Source: Hormiphora californensis
Lineage: Eukaryota; Animalia; Ctenophora
DNA length: 64,000 nt
Assembly: GCA_020137815.1 (NCBI GenBank)
Contig: CM035362.1
Coordinates: 5,890,001 to 5,954,000, forward strand
Direction: 5' to 3'
The notes beneath the pieces are model-generated. The model was given only the letters and a program-made list of their open reading frames with translations, had not been told where the DNA came from and searched no databases. This document shows positions 26,312 through 53,462 of the stretch, one piece after another; the stretch's first letter is position 1; every line of letters starts with the position of its first letter. A program made the position numbers and the translations under genes.

Positions 26312-28795
26312 GGGGGTTCATTTGCCCCAACTAACTGCAAGCACTAACAAATCGCTCCGAACACTAGCTAATTTGTCCCATAAATTCTGATGATTCTGAA
26401 AGTATGCTATACAAACGAAGCCTTTGATAGTCACGAACAGAACCTATGATGGAGATCAGCACGCAACCGTCAAGTAGCATACCTTTACGTTTACCGCCTA
26501 GAACCTACAAATATTCTACCACCACTCTATTATAGTTCCACCTACGAATACAGGTAATATAGGGTCTTCAAAATTGGACTGATATACCAGTTCCTGGTTT
26601 CACCGAAATAACGAGTTCTGATTGGATTGTAACTCTGTACTCCACGCTTACCCTATGTCCAACGATGGGAACCCTACAAGATGGGGGAGTTCTACACACC
26701 CCTCACCCCTCTCAGTCCGCCTTACGAGCAGGTAATAACTTTGCAATTTTTAGGTGCAGTTGAAGTTTGTTGTCAACTTTGCAACTTGAGGTCAAGTTGC
26801 TAAGTGGATAAATTATAATCAACCCAGTCCAAGCTGAATTGTTCTCTGATCTTTGAACTTGAACTGCCCATGATATACCAAGGAATCTCCATGAATCTTA
26901 AATCAATGAACTAGCTGATTTTAAAAACTAAACTTCGCTTTTAGTATTCTAAACTAAGCTCATGATTGGATAAGATACGTGTGTTTCTAATTTAAGCATG
27001 TTTTGACCCTCAAAGTACTACACACTAGTTAGTAGCCCGTGTCATATCCATCGTTAGCAACTTTTTTCCTGCTTTTTATTTACCGCAAATCAGCCAATCT
27101 CTTTCAAATGAGTTTTCCGCTGAATTGTTTTCAATCCTAGCTTCCTCCAATAATGTGCCGCGGTGTGTTTAAAAAACATCTCAAGGCTTATATACTAGCT
27201 TCTAAATTCTTCTGTCTCTATCTCTGTTCTTACTTTACTCTATCCCTCTCTCTATCCATCATCATTCTATCTCAACTAGCCTCTCTTCCTTCCCTCAACT
27301 GGCCTCCCCTACTCTGTATAAACAACGCTATTCTGCTTGTTACGAAAATTTGAATGCAGCCTCCAAGAAGAGGGTGAGTATGGGAGGATGAGCGAGAGAA
27401 AGGGAGAGAGAGAAGAAGAGGAGAGAGAAAAGATCCGAACTGGCCCTAAACCAAACCTCCGATCCCTACGTGTCTGTCTCTCTTCCTCTCTCTCTCTTCT
27501 CCTCCCTTCTATCTCTTCTGCCCCTTATCTCCTTCTCCCCTCCTCTTCCTCTCTTTCTTCATCTCCTCTTCTCTTTCTTCCTCGTTTTGTTTCCTTCTTA
27601 TTGGGGTTGCCGCAAAAACCCGCAGAAAAACCGTGGAGGGGGATAGGGATCTGTCGGGAACACGGATCACTTTTACCCCTTTCCATTTTGCGGTAAAAGT
27701 GTGAAATTTTTGCGGGGTTTAAATTTTTGAAGCCTTTGTAATTATGGGTTTTGGGGTTTTGGTCGGGTTTTGTTTTTGGTGGGTCTGGTTGCAGTAGCGT
27801 TATGGGGTAATTGCTGGTTTTAAAGGACCCCCCCTTTCCTGCAAAAATTGAAACCCCTTTTCCAAAAGGGTTTAAATTTCCGGCGAAGGGGACAAGGCCG
27901 AAGAAGGGGTTTTAAAGTTTTCCCCGCCCGCAGTACGTCTGGGCCAGTGCTAGACGAAAGGGAACCCCGGGGTAAAATATTTTTTTAAACTCAAGAACTC
28001 CATTTAAGTGGTTCACTAGAACAAATCACGGAGCTAACATTTAGATCTGATATAATCGTGATATCCGGATCATTTAGCCATTACGATATTTTAAGGTAAT
28101 CTAACATGATAGATGGGTGCACTTAGGAGCGAGAGAGAGATGAGGATACAATACAATACCTCACTCAATCTTAAGATAGGTATCATTGTCTAGAATGGAG
28201 AAAAGAGAGAGATATATATAAGAGAGGAGGAGGAACATATTTTTCCTAATTCACAGGGGAATTTGGAATGGGGGTATTCCACTTGTTCAATAAGCTTATC
28301 ATGTGACCAGTTCTATTAACCAAATGGATCCCTACTACTCACTGACTCACTGCAGTGGGTCAGTTTTGATCTTTATAGGCTCCATTTTGTAGCACAGGTT
28401 ATAAAAATGGTAAGTTTAATGTTTCAATAAGTTTTAAATAATTGTATAACATTCCTGATCGTTGCGTTTTCAATTGAAATTTACTATTCGTTGGGGAATT
28501 GTGTTTTAAGTTTGATGCAAATAATTGTTTTCCAAACTTTTCTAACATCTGGCCAACTGACGGATTTCCTGTCTCACTCTCTCGCCGTTTAGAGAATGTA
28601 TCTCATAACCTATAATTATTAAGCGAGGCGCTTTTAATTAAAATTCTCCATCTATTTTCCAGTTCAAATGAATCAACAAGGGTACACTTTGACCCTCTCA
28701 CATCTCACCCCGTAAAGGGAGGGTAGCAAGCCATACCAATACCTCACTGTTTTAATTGTAAAACTCACAATTTTCTAACTTCCTCATCCTACCAG

Positions 28796-42532
<13,737 letters not shown>

Positions 42533-42702
42533 CAGAAAGTGGACTAGTGTGACAGAAAGTATTAGGAAATTATTATTATCACATCAAGCTGTCACTTCAA
42601 GTTTTTAACGGATTGATTGTATACAAATACAGTATGTATATTCTCGAGAGTAGAGGCAGGATATAGCTTCTGAATTGCGATGAGTGTGGGCCCAGAGTGA
42701 GG

Positions 42703-42909
42703 TACGCTCCAGTTACAAATTGGAAACTGACGCCAGTTCCAGTTGAGAGTCTCCTGATGAACTACACTGTGCGTGTCATTTACGATCACGTGACACAAAT
42801 TTCCATGTGAACTGCATTGAATGTAGCGCTGCGCATAATTGTCATCATTTCGATTGTTAACTGGAAGGCGGAAACTGATACGAGTTTCCAATTTGTAACT
42901 GGAGCCGTA
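42703..42909. mobile_element. TA-flanked MITE
   Basis: GCTCCAGTTACAAATTGGAAACT ... AGTTTCCAATTTGTAACTGGAGC. Confidence 0.7.
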
Positions 42910-43348
42910 TGAATATATATATATGAGTGGTCATGTGACCATATATTGGGTCGTCGGGATCAATAATACCAAGCATTAATTGTTATGACAATATATAATG
43001 ATAGAGAGATATAGAATGGACAATTTGACGACAAGAGTTATAATGTAAACTGATGTGTTCATAATTTGTGTTCACCAAAACCAATAACTATTTGTTTTTA
43101 ACTTTGATTCTTCTTTGGTAATGGAATTACCCCTCTGTTATTATTGCTCGCAGAGGTATGCAATAAAAGGGGTGACTTTTGAACTTTGATTCTTCTAGGA
43201 TATTCTTTCATCTTTTTATGTACGGCACGTCATGTTTGCATGTGACATTAGCTGTATAGCACCCGAAAACACCCGGCTAAAATAAATAGAATAAAGGAAT
43301 GGGATCCAAAAAAGTTCCCACGCCAAAATGATGAATTTCCCGTATCAC

Positions 43349-43406
43349 CTGTCTGGCGCCGCCGACCCTATTCTCGAGAACTGTGGTCAGAGCATTGGCC
43401 TGACAG
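43349..43406. mobile_element. 58-bp micro-element with perfect 8-bp TSD
   Basis: CGTATCAC|CTGTC...GACAG|CGTATCAC. Confidence 0.75.
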
Positions 43407-44234
43407 CGTATCACAGGTTAGGTGGAAAGTTTCAAACACTTCGACTTTAAATTGCAAAAAGATTGACTTTCTCAGACCGCCAAAGAAATTAATTACGATT
43501 ATGATGAACCCCCGCTCCGCATCTTATCATAAGATTGTTAAATTACATATCTCCTAATATTCCCTATATAATTGAACTGAGACGAATATTTCAATTTCTC
43601 GTTGTTCATCATTATCCCAATTCCAATGATTGGATATGTCAAATTTGAACGCGTTTTAATAAAGGAAGTCTTGTCACCATGGAATTGATCGAGAGTGAAT
43701 AAATAAATTGAATGTTCCCACATAACCATATATGATTCATATAATATATGCTAGAAGGCTAGCCGTTATAGCCCTGTTAAAATTATTGTATATAAATGTA
43801 ATTTACTTCGGGGTGGGAGGTCATTTAATGGTTAAATGTGACCTAACTTAAGTCAAGTAGACATAATTCAAATGCCCAAGTGGTTATGTTGCTTCTTGGG
43901 CGGGAAGGTGGGGGATCCAAATAAAGGCAATTTGGTTCCTTTTATTGGGCTAGGTTTATCTCGGGTGGTTAATTTTGACAGCATGATAGCTTTACATTAG
44001 AATTTCCGATTTCCAAAGTCGTCAGAGATGAAGAAATAAGATAATTTAAATTTGCACCAACTATCGTCATCCAAATTTGCATTTAAATATTCTTTCGGTT
44101 TTTAATCTCTTCCTCGAGATTTTAACTTAGATTTCACCACCACCACTGCATCGCGATTTAAACAGTTCTCTCTGCCCTCTAATTGACCCCTTTTTTGGTT
44201 TGAAAGGAAGTCGAGCGAGAGAGGGAGAGTGAGA

Positions 44235-44330
<96 letters not shown>

Positions 44331-44956
44331 AGCTCAGCTGTCCAAAGAGTTTTGTAGCCATGACGTCATATATTTGATGTGTCGAGCCTTAATGGAAGAA
44401 TCGTTAACGAGTGTTAAATGCAGTTTATATTCGACATGAAGAAACCAAAGTTTTTACTAGGGTAACGAGTGTTAAATGCAGTTTATATATGAAGATTGAA
44501 GAAACCAAAGTTGAAGAATAATTACTGTGTTAGTTTGGGGAGTGAAGCCTCATAGAGAACTCTTTTCTCTTAGATTTCTCTGGAGTATATCTTACAAAAA
44601 GTTAAAGAATATACATTTGGTTTCGAAATTCATAATTAACACAAATAAGTTAAGTCAGCACATACACATGGTATATTTCACCAATATTTCACAGTATTTC
44701 ACAGTATATTTCACCAATTGCAATACATTTCACCTACTACGATCAATATTATGAAGGAATCATAACTTTGGTCTTTGATCATTTTAAGGAAGGTCGATTC
44801 TATATAATAAGTTCAAAGTTTTCGTAAATAACAAAAATAATATTTGGAAAAAATATAGTCACAGTTCTCAAATATTGCACGTTCTCAATGGACAATAACG
44901 CTTTTATATCGACAGTCGACACTTTTCCTATACATGTTTAACATATTAAAGCCATA

Positions 44957-46708
44957 TTATTCTTTAAGCGTGTTCGCTACACTAACAGTATTTGACCGAC
45001 AACTAGCCTTAGATGTCTCAGCAGTAGTCATTACAGTTCGAGGAGTATTACTTCTCACCAGCCTAGTCAGTTTGTATTTCACACCTCCATTCTCGGTCCC
45101 AATATCATTATCCACGGTGACCTCTCCCTCGCTGGCGGTCACACCAAGGACACCCTTGACATGGTTCCGGAGGGTCTTACCCCGGATTATCAGGATACAG
45201 GGGTTAAGGAGGGAGTTCAGGAAGGGGAGGAGGTTGCTGGAACAGTAGAGAGTGTACCAAACACTCAGACTCTGATCCGGTCGGAGTATCTCAAGTACCA
45301 TGAGGGTGATGGTATGGGCAGTATTACATACCACGAATATTAGTGTTAATTGTAGGATAGTCAGAGTGATTTTGTTGTTCCTTTGGGCCGCTTTGTTTCC
45401 CATTCGATTTCCCCTTACTCTGTTTAAGGGCAATCACCTGCACCACACTGCAGAACATGGTCACGATGGAGGGAATGAAGAAGGGGAGCCCCGTGCAAAC
45501 CAAGAACATGACCCATTGGTGATTTTGGACGATGGACGGCGCGAACCTGTAGATGATCTCACTCCCGGTACTGGGAGCAATCACCATCATGTAAGTCTGT
45601 ATCCGGGAGTTGAAGGGGTAATCACTGGGCCAATAGAGAGATGCAACCTCGAACATGGCCACCAATAACCAGAAACACGGGTAGACGATGACGGGTACCC
45701 AAACCATCCACTTGGGGATTTGTTTCAGTGGCCAGATGATACTGATGGACCGGACAATAACGAGGAGGGTGTTGTAGAAGACAGGACACGTGGGTGGGAA
45801 CTGTTGTGATTAGGAAGGCCATGGGTACTGAGATGGAGATGTCCTCTTCCTTTCCCTACCATCACCGTGATCAGGCAGATACCTTGGACGATGGCGGCGA
45901 ACCCACTAACAAGATCACTGCCACTTAACATCATGTACATAGTGTGGAGGATGTTCTCGCGCTTTCCAACGTAGAACTTGAATATTAGCCCGTTTAGAAA
46001 GGCGATTGCTATTCCCGCGGGGATAACGATGAAAATCAAGAAAACGGTGACTCCAGAGTTTTGGAATTCGATAAAAGTTCGCCTTTTTGAGGTTGGTGTT
46101 GGAATCCAGGCCGTGGTCATCATCGAACTGTCACCTTGATCACGGTCAGGCGGAATATCGTGCACCGTACCTAGAAAGAAATATGTTTTGATAAAGGAGC
46201 AATTATACCTTAAACACCCTCTCTCCATTAAGAACTATGTCTTATCTCTCTGGGGGAAGAAGGGAGCTGTCTGAGCACAGTTGGGGCTCAAGATGTCAAA
46301 TGGGGAGAGTTTTATAAGAACGGGGGAGTTTTATAGGGGGAAGAGAAATATAGTATTTCATAATTTACCCAATTATTTAAACGTTTCTATCCACCACCCC
46401 ATATATCATAACCTTATTTACTCTCTTATACCTTCATAAATTACTACAATATCTCTCTTATATATCTTCATATTATATTAATATTTCATTTCCTCCAGCA
46501 ATAGAGGCTCCATTTTATTGCAAGTTATCTTACCATTTAAAGAGAAACAACGATTTTGCAGTACTAATATTCAATTATATTTACCATTGGAAAACGGAGT
46601 GCCCGAATCAGCAATTATTGCATCATTCTCATCCGTCCAAATCCGTGAGAGGTTTCCACTGTGATCACCACTACAGACGGTGATCCACAATAGGAACAGG
46701 AATAACAT
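44957..46708 (-). CDS. Two-exon class A GPCR with signal peptide; three frameshifts (sequencing error or pseudogene)
   Basis: Exon 1 46708-46585 (MLFLFLLWITVCSG...), phase-1 intron, exon 2 from 46170. Successive frames give TM1-2 (IAFLNGLI, LSGSDLVSG), TM3 (NTLLVIVRSISIIWPL), TM4-5 (GLPFFIPSIV) and TM6-7 (KITLTILQLT, NSLLNPCILIIRG). Frame switches near 45850, 45785 and 45425. Confidence 0.8.
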
Positions 46709-48178
46709 TCTAGATAAAAAATAAAAATGGATATTTGTTGATTTGTTGAAATCCTCGCGGGGAAGCAGTTTCGAGCAAGGCAAGAAGGGTACGAAATTAA
46801 ATGTGGTAACCAACGCGATTTTAAGAAAGGTTAAAGCAGTTAAAAAGCGAAGCGATTCGATTCAAAGAACGTTTCTCGAATTTAATTAATAAAAGTGAGT
46901 TAACCACAGATAACTGCTTTAAGAGGTGCATGAATGTGAAAGGCAAGCTCCAAGAAGGTGAAAGTCTCGAATAAAATCATCACGATTTGTTAAATGATTA
47001 TATGCAATGGAGAGAAAGACTTAACAATCTAGGCACTTGTTGAAGTGCAATCAATCCACAGAAAGCAATTACTATTGTTGAATAATATTGAAAAGTGAAT
47101 GAAAACTGAATTTGATTTGTGCCTTGAAAAGGAATACGAATGGAAATATAGCGAAATTTTGCAACAGCATGCAATGACGCAAGAATCCATGAAAACTCAT
47201 GGGGACAGGACGGCCAATAAACTTGTTTTTATTCTAAATACAGCTCCTTTACAAAGTTTGTGCGAGGGTCAAGCAAGGCAACGTGATAAACAAATAATTC
47301 CTATTCTGTGAATGAACATGATAATGACTAGACCGTTGGCTAGGCTAATCAATATGCAGAGTAATTACGTTTTCTATCTTGTTCATCAATAGATGGGTGA
47401 TATTCAACATCTAAATAGGTGGGTAATATTCAATATCTAAATAGAATTTCTATTAGAAAGGGTGGATGACCCATGTATAATATGATCATAACTAAATATT
47501 CTCAATGAGAATCTCATGATATTATGGCAACTTATTATCATTTGACTAGTTCCCATCGAATGAAATTGGGATCAAGATAAATGAAAATGACACTCAATGT
47601 CTCAGATATAGAGATAAAGTCAAATGAAGTTATAATCTCCCAAGTAGAATATGTGAGAATTATATTCAGTGAATTTCATTTGAAGAGAATATATTGCTAC
47701 CTGTCATGTCAATCAAAAGCATGGTGTAGATATGAATTGAACTGTGAAAAGTGAATCTCAACTGAACTAATTATTTGACAGCGTTTATCAAAGAAATAAA
47801 AAAGGTTTGTTATATGAATTGAACTGTGAAAAGTGAATCTCAACTGAACTAATTATTTGACAGCGTAACGTTCATCAAACTAAAGAAATACAAAATGTTT
47901 GAATGATGCCGCGGCGGCATCCTTCAAACCTTTTGCCGCCACGATGCGCAGCTGGGCCCAGTCTTTTCTGAACCCCAGTTCCCGAGCGACAACAAAAGAT
48001 TTGTTTTGTTCAATAACAGTCTAACTTGGCAACAAAAGATGTTAACTTGGTAAAGGCTTCCGACAGACAATGGAATCAATTTCAAATTGACTTAATTCTC
48101 AATCTCATGCAATTGTTTGGAATTATCTAGATTATAAAGTTCATGTTTTGCCACGCTTGATATTAGTCTCATCGTCAG

Positions 48179-48407
48179 TAGTTGATAGTCCTATATGGAC
48201 AACTGAGACAATGCTTTTATTGCAGGAAATAAATTACACGACGGTTTCGTCGAACATCGACATCATCAGGCTGCTCAAATTAATTTGTTTAAAGTAGTGT
48301 TAAAAGTTTGAAAACTTTTTCCTGATGATGTCGATGTTCGACGAAACCGTCGTGTAATTCCTGCAATAAAATCATTGTCTCAGTTGTCCATATACTGCTA
48401 TCAACTA
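48179..48407. mobile_element. Inverted pair of ~90-bp arms, each with a hammerhead-ribozyme-like core (possible Penelope-like terminus)
   Basis: Arms 48179-48270 and 48321-48407; core CTGATGA-T-GTCGA-TGT-TCGAC-GAAAC-C-GTC followed by AATAAA. Confidence 0.5.
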
Positions 48408-51048
48408 TTATATAGATTAATAATATAATAATACTAGCGCACCCGTTGGGTGCGCCTCAAGTAAGGGCTTTTTGATATCCCACCCGGCTTCGCTGGGTGG
48501 TTCTTTTTGCCCCTTTAAACGTCAATAACACGGTTGCTATGGCAACTGAATTGGTAACTATGGGGACTGGCATGTTTAAAGTCATTCGAAAATATTAACA
48601 AACTTCCACCGGAAGTTCCAAAAGTGTGAATGACAGCTTTACAGCTTTCGTCATATAAAGTGTTTTATGAAGGAGCAGTCTGTCGCTTAGATACCGCTGA
48701 ACGAACGACCATCACGACGTTCATCTCCAAATATATATAATAATATACATAATTTTATCTTGAACTGAATTTCACTGACATGGTCAATATTATAAGGTGA
48801 CACAAGATATTTCATTTCAAATTGAACTTTAATTCTATCATATTATCTAGATAATTCCTTGCCTGAGCTGAGAATGAATCGATCGCTAATTTGCTAGTGA
48901 GCCTGATCGGGAAAATAAAATGGCTTGAATGGGAGGTGAGATACATTGTATCACGTACGCTAAACAATATATCTCACCACGCGTGATAATATGTTGGACA
49001 TTTATTGATCAACTATTCATTAATGTATACATCCGAACTTTTCCAATATGTATGTCTATGTTGGTCGGGCAAACCCCATGAAAAGACGTCAGGGACTCAT
49101 ATATATATATATGCATACATTCAAGCTACCATAGCAATAAATTGAATATTTTTCCACCAGCAAATAAATTAAAGAACCAATTATATCCATTCAAATTTGA
49201 GAAAATCAACAATACAAACTAATTCAAATAAATTGCTTACTTTAACAACTTCTACATTACATAATGTGTTTCTCTTCTTCTACGTTACATCAGGCCTGAA
49301 CACACGCTAACATACGCGAGACCAGTTCGGAGGTCCAACAGTGGCCCCCACTCCAAGGTCTACGTAACATAATGTGTGTGATCAGGCCGAATGCCGATAA
49401 CGATGATTCATCGTCGATGAAGTCGAACTTTACTGACTGATCGGCAACACAAAATATACATTGTATATATATATGAGCTTAGTTAGAAATGGGAACAATT
49501 ATCGGGTGACTGTATAATATACAGTCACCTAATAATTATATTCCCTTCCCATTTCTAACTTAGCTCATCATGTTCAGCATGTTATTGTTTCAGCTCTGTA
49601 TAAAGTGGCATATAATATAACATGGTTAATTATAATCATTGAAGAAGAGCAATTACAGAAATGATTAGGAACCGACCGACACAAGTAAACAACCAATCAG
49701 AACTCGTTATTTATGTCACGTGACTGGTTATCAGCCAATCAGGGACCAGTATTTCCTGATTCGGTTGGCTCCTGGATTAAAGTTACACTGGATCGAAGTT
49801 AAAGCTTTGCAGGACTTCAAAGGGCTTGGTCAGTAAATAATATTTATGCAGTCAAGATATTATATATGATTTTGATATACAGTCGAACCCCGATTTACCG
49901 GGATGCTCGGGGAAAGGGTTTTGCCCAGTAAATATATCGGGGTCAAATACATATACTGTAAATTAGTTTTTGGTCACATTGATACCTGTGACAGATCTAA
50001 GTCGCCGTGCGACTGAAATTGATCTCAGTGACATTATAAGGTGGCATTACCATGGTACCAAAGGAAGTTCTCGGTAAATCGGGGTTCCGATAAATCAGTG
50101 CCCGACAGTAACATCTTGACTGCATAAACATATACGATATAGTTACTCAACTAAATATAATATCGTTCAACTAATAAATATTATTCTCCTCCCCGACATG
50201 TCTCGACTAAAACTCGCAATAGTTAAAGCAATGCCTGTGCCAAATCAAAAAATGATTTTTCTCTAGAATATTATCCTTAAAAACTATCATCGATCTGTCT
50301 ATATAATGAGAGGCAATCCGCAATAGCTTTAATCTCCTAAAACTCTCTCTCTTCCTCTCCTTTCCCCTTTCTGGTTCCGTTAAGAAGTAATTTAGCTTTC
50401 CTAAAACTATTCTCCTACCCCCTCTACAAATTATCCTTACTTGTCTGCCAATCCCCAGTATATAAATGAAGGGGAGTATATAAACTAAAAAACCACATAC
50501 TAAATGGATGTCGCCCGCTGTAGTTGGGCAAATCGAGTACGAGCAAGCTGCAGTGGTTAAAACTCTGCCATGGTGTGATTTATTTAACTGATCCTGACAT
50601 TTGACAACGCGCGGTATATGAATTCAAGTTCTTATATAGGTAAACTGTTAAGTTAATATTTAATTTGATTTGAATCAAATCATGATAATATCATATTATG
50701 ATGATATCAAATACAAAGCTTTTAAAATATCATTAATGTTTTAAAAGCTTTGTACTTTATTTTTCGATGCATATATATAATTTTATTCGACGCTATTAAG
50801 AAAATTTCGTCATTTTAAAAACAGTTTTACAAGTCGCGATAGTTGAGTTTCCCAAACACAACACTCTCCTATGAAAGAAAGAAGGAAGGAAGGAAGGAAG
50901 GAAGAAAAACAACCGACCATTGGAGCTGGCAGTGTGCTCTGTACAGAAAAGCAAAGCGCATATACTTTCACCTGCACACTGTACACCACCACATTCACTA
51001 TAAATCGCACTTGATTAACAGCTACCCCTTTATTACTTAACCCCATAC

Positions 51049-51148
<100 letters not shown>

Positions 51149-52828
51149 CCTCTCTCTCTCTCGCAATACCAATTCCAGTACAATCACATTCACCTCAATT
51201 ACTCGAGTAACTTGATGGAGAGAGAGGAGTGGTTAACTTTCTTCTAGCATTTAAAACCAAAAGTATTAATGATGCCATTATCACTAACTGCAGATGTCCA
51301 GTGAAAGTGGGACGAATTAAAGAATTTAATTTCTAAAAAAGTGCCCTGTAAAGGAATATATAGAAGGTGTTTGAGAGAGAGAAAGAAAGAGTGATACTAG
51401 TTTGGTGGTAAAAAGTCACCCTGCATTTGTCCTACAACGAGCATATATTGCTCCAATGACGAAGTTGAGTCACCTTGACGTGTATTGGGAGAGCAATGCA
51501 ATAATGTTATACAGAAGGATTCAATCCCAATACATCAAAACACCTCTTCCTCCTCCGGTATATAATGATAACGCGTTGCAGTACCGAATATTGCAATTCG
51601 ACCACTATAATTTCCACTTGATATAACGAGTTAAGGTTTTTAACCCAGGATATGATAATATATTGCATCGCAGCTTCGAGAGAGAAGAGAGGTTGAGAGG
51701 TAAATAATGAGAGAGAAGAGAGGTTGAGAGGTAAATAATGAGAGAGAAGAGAGGTTGAGAGGTAAATAATGAGACTAGACAGCCACGTGGTAAAATGAAG
51801 TTTTGGGAGAAATGAGAAAGAGAGAGAGATAGAGAGCGAGAGAGAGAGAGAGAGCAGAGAAATGAGAGAGAGATAGAGAGAGAGCGAGAGCGCTCTGAGT
51901 TGATCTCGAGCGTGATGCTAGCGATAAGCTCGCGCTCTCTAGAGATCGCGAGCCTCTCTCTCTATCGCTTCGCTTCGCGCGAGCTCGTGCTCATAAGAGT
52001 GTGAGACTCTCACTCCCTCTCTTGCTGATAGGAGGAGAAGAATGATTGGTGTTCTACAACAGGAGAAAGATATGAACTGTGTGACGTTAGCGCGGGATCA
52101 AATGAGACTCATTATTTCAGGATGGCAACTCCTGGAGAGCCTTGTTGAGTAACAGGCTCCTCTCTCAATCCTACAAGGAGGGCCAAGATACTGACACACG
52201 ATTTAATCATATGACTTGTCATCACACCGGCACACCCTGTCCGAAACCTATCGCATTTTTATTTAAGTTATGGGTATTAAAATGATCTTTAGACGATTCC
52301 CTAAAACTGTCATATATCTTTCAGGACGTAAGAAAGCACACGCAGGCGTGCAAGCTCCCCTAAAGTGGCTTACATAATCGCGCAAAACACGACAAAACGG
52401 GTGATTCCTATCGGACAAACGCGCGTTTTGACCTCATAGAAAAAAATCATTCATAAGCAAAACTTTTCGCATAATATAGTAAATGTAGTAAAATGCATTG
52501 CCTTGCTCGATGGTCGAATCTACCCCGCGATTGATACATAGATAAATATGAATTTCAATTTTAGCAAATAAGGTTATGAACATTTCCACAAATCGTGATT
52601 CGTGAATATTTCGCAACAAAGATCAAACCCTTTTTATTATCGCAGGGAGGGAGGTTCGAACAAGGCAAACTAAAGCAATGCGGATCATAATATTATGCAA
52701 CTAGTTTTACCCTTTTATAAACAGGTAATTGAATATGACGTAATAACTACCTTTCCCTCATTCAGTCTTTAATTGCTGAGATGATGATGAGTGGGTTGCA
52801 ATTTAAAACTGTTTAACTACACTACTGC

Positions 52829-53462
52829 CCTACAGCATCATGGCTCTCTGCAGAAGGAGCCCCTACAGCATCATGGCTCTCTGCAGAAGGAGCCCCTACA
52901 GCATCATGGCTCTCTGCAGAAGGAGCCCCTACAGCATCATGGCTCTCTGCAGAAGGAGCCCCTACAGCATCATGGCTCTCTGCAGAAGGAGCCCCTACAG
53001 CATCATGGCTCTCTGCAGAAGGAGCCCCTACAGCATCATGGCTCTCTGCAGAAGGAGCCCCTACAGCATCATGGCTCTCTGCAGAAGGAGCCCCTACAGC
53101 ATCATGGCTCTCTGCAGAAGGAGCCCCTACAGCATCATGGCTCTCTGCAGAAGGAGCCCCTACAGCATCATGGCTCTCTGCAGAAGGAGCCCCTACAGCA
53201 TCATGGCTCTCTGCAGAAGCTGCTCCTACAGCAGCGGCTCTCTGCTGCAGAAGCTGCTCCTACAGCAGCGGCTCTCTGCTGCAGAAGCTGCTCCTACAGC
53301 ATCATGGCTCTCTGCTGCAGAAGGAGCTCCTACAGCATCATGGCTCTCTGCAGAAGGAGCCCCTACAGCATCATGGCTCTCTGCAGAAGGAGCCCCTACA
53401 GCATCATGGCTCTCTGTAGAAGGAGCTCCTACAGCATCATGGCTCTCTGCAGAAGGAGCTCC
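52829..53462. repeat. 33-bp minisatellite, ~19 copies
   Basis: Unit CCTACAGCATCATGGCTCTCTGCAGAAGGAGCC with a variant block at 53220-53330. Confidence 0.95.

Noticed and set aside
25701-28300. Phe/Leu/Ser- or Lys/Arg-rich ORFs and possible PRDM 5' exons around the gap
   Set aside because: Degraded low-quality sequence next to microsatellites and the N gap; a candidate exon ending at 26730 could not be placed reliably.
51800-52200. CG-rich scrambled GA-like sequence here and at ~59000-59900
   Set aside because: Typical of base-calling decay after dinucleotide runs; not interpretable.
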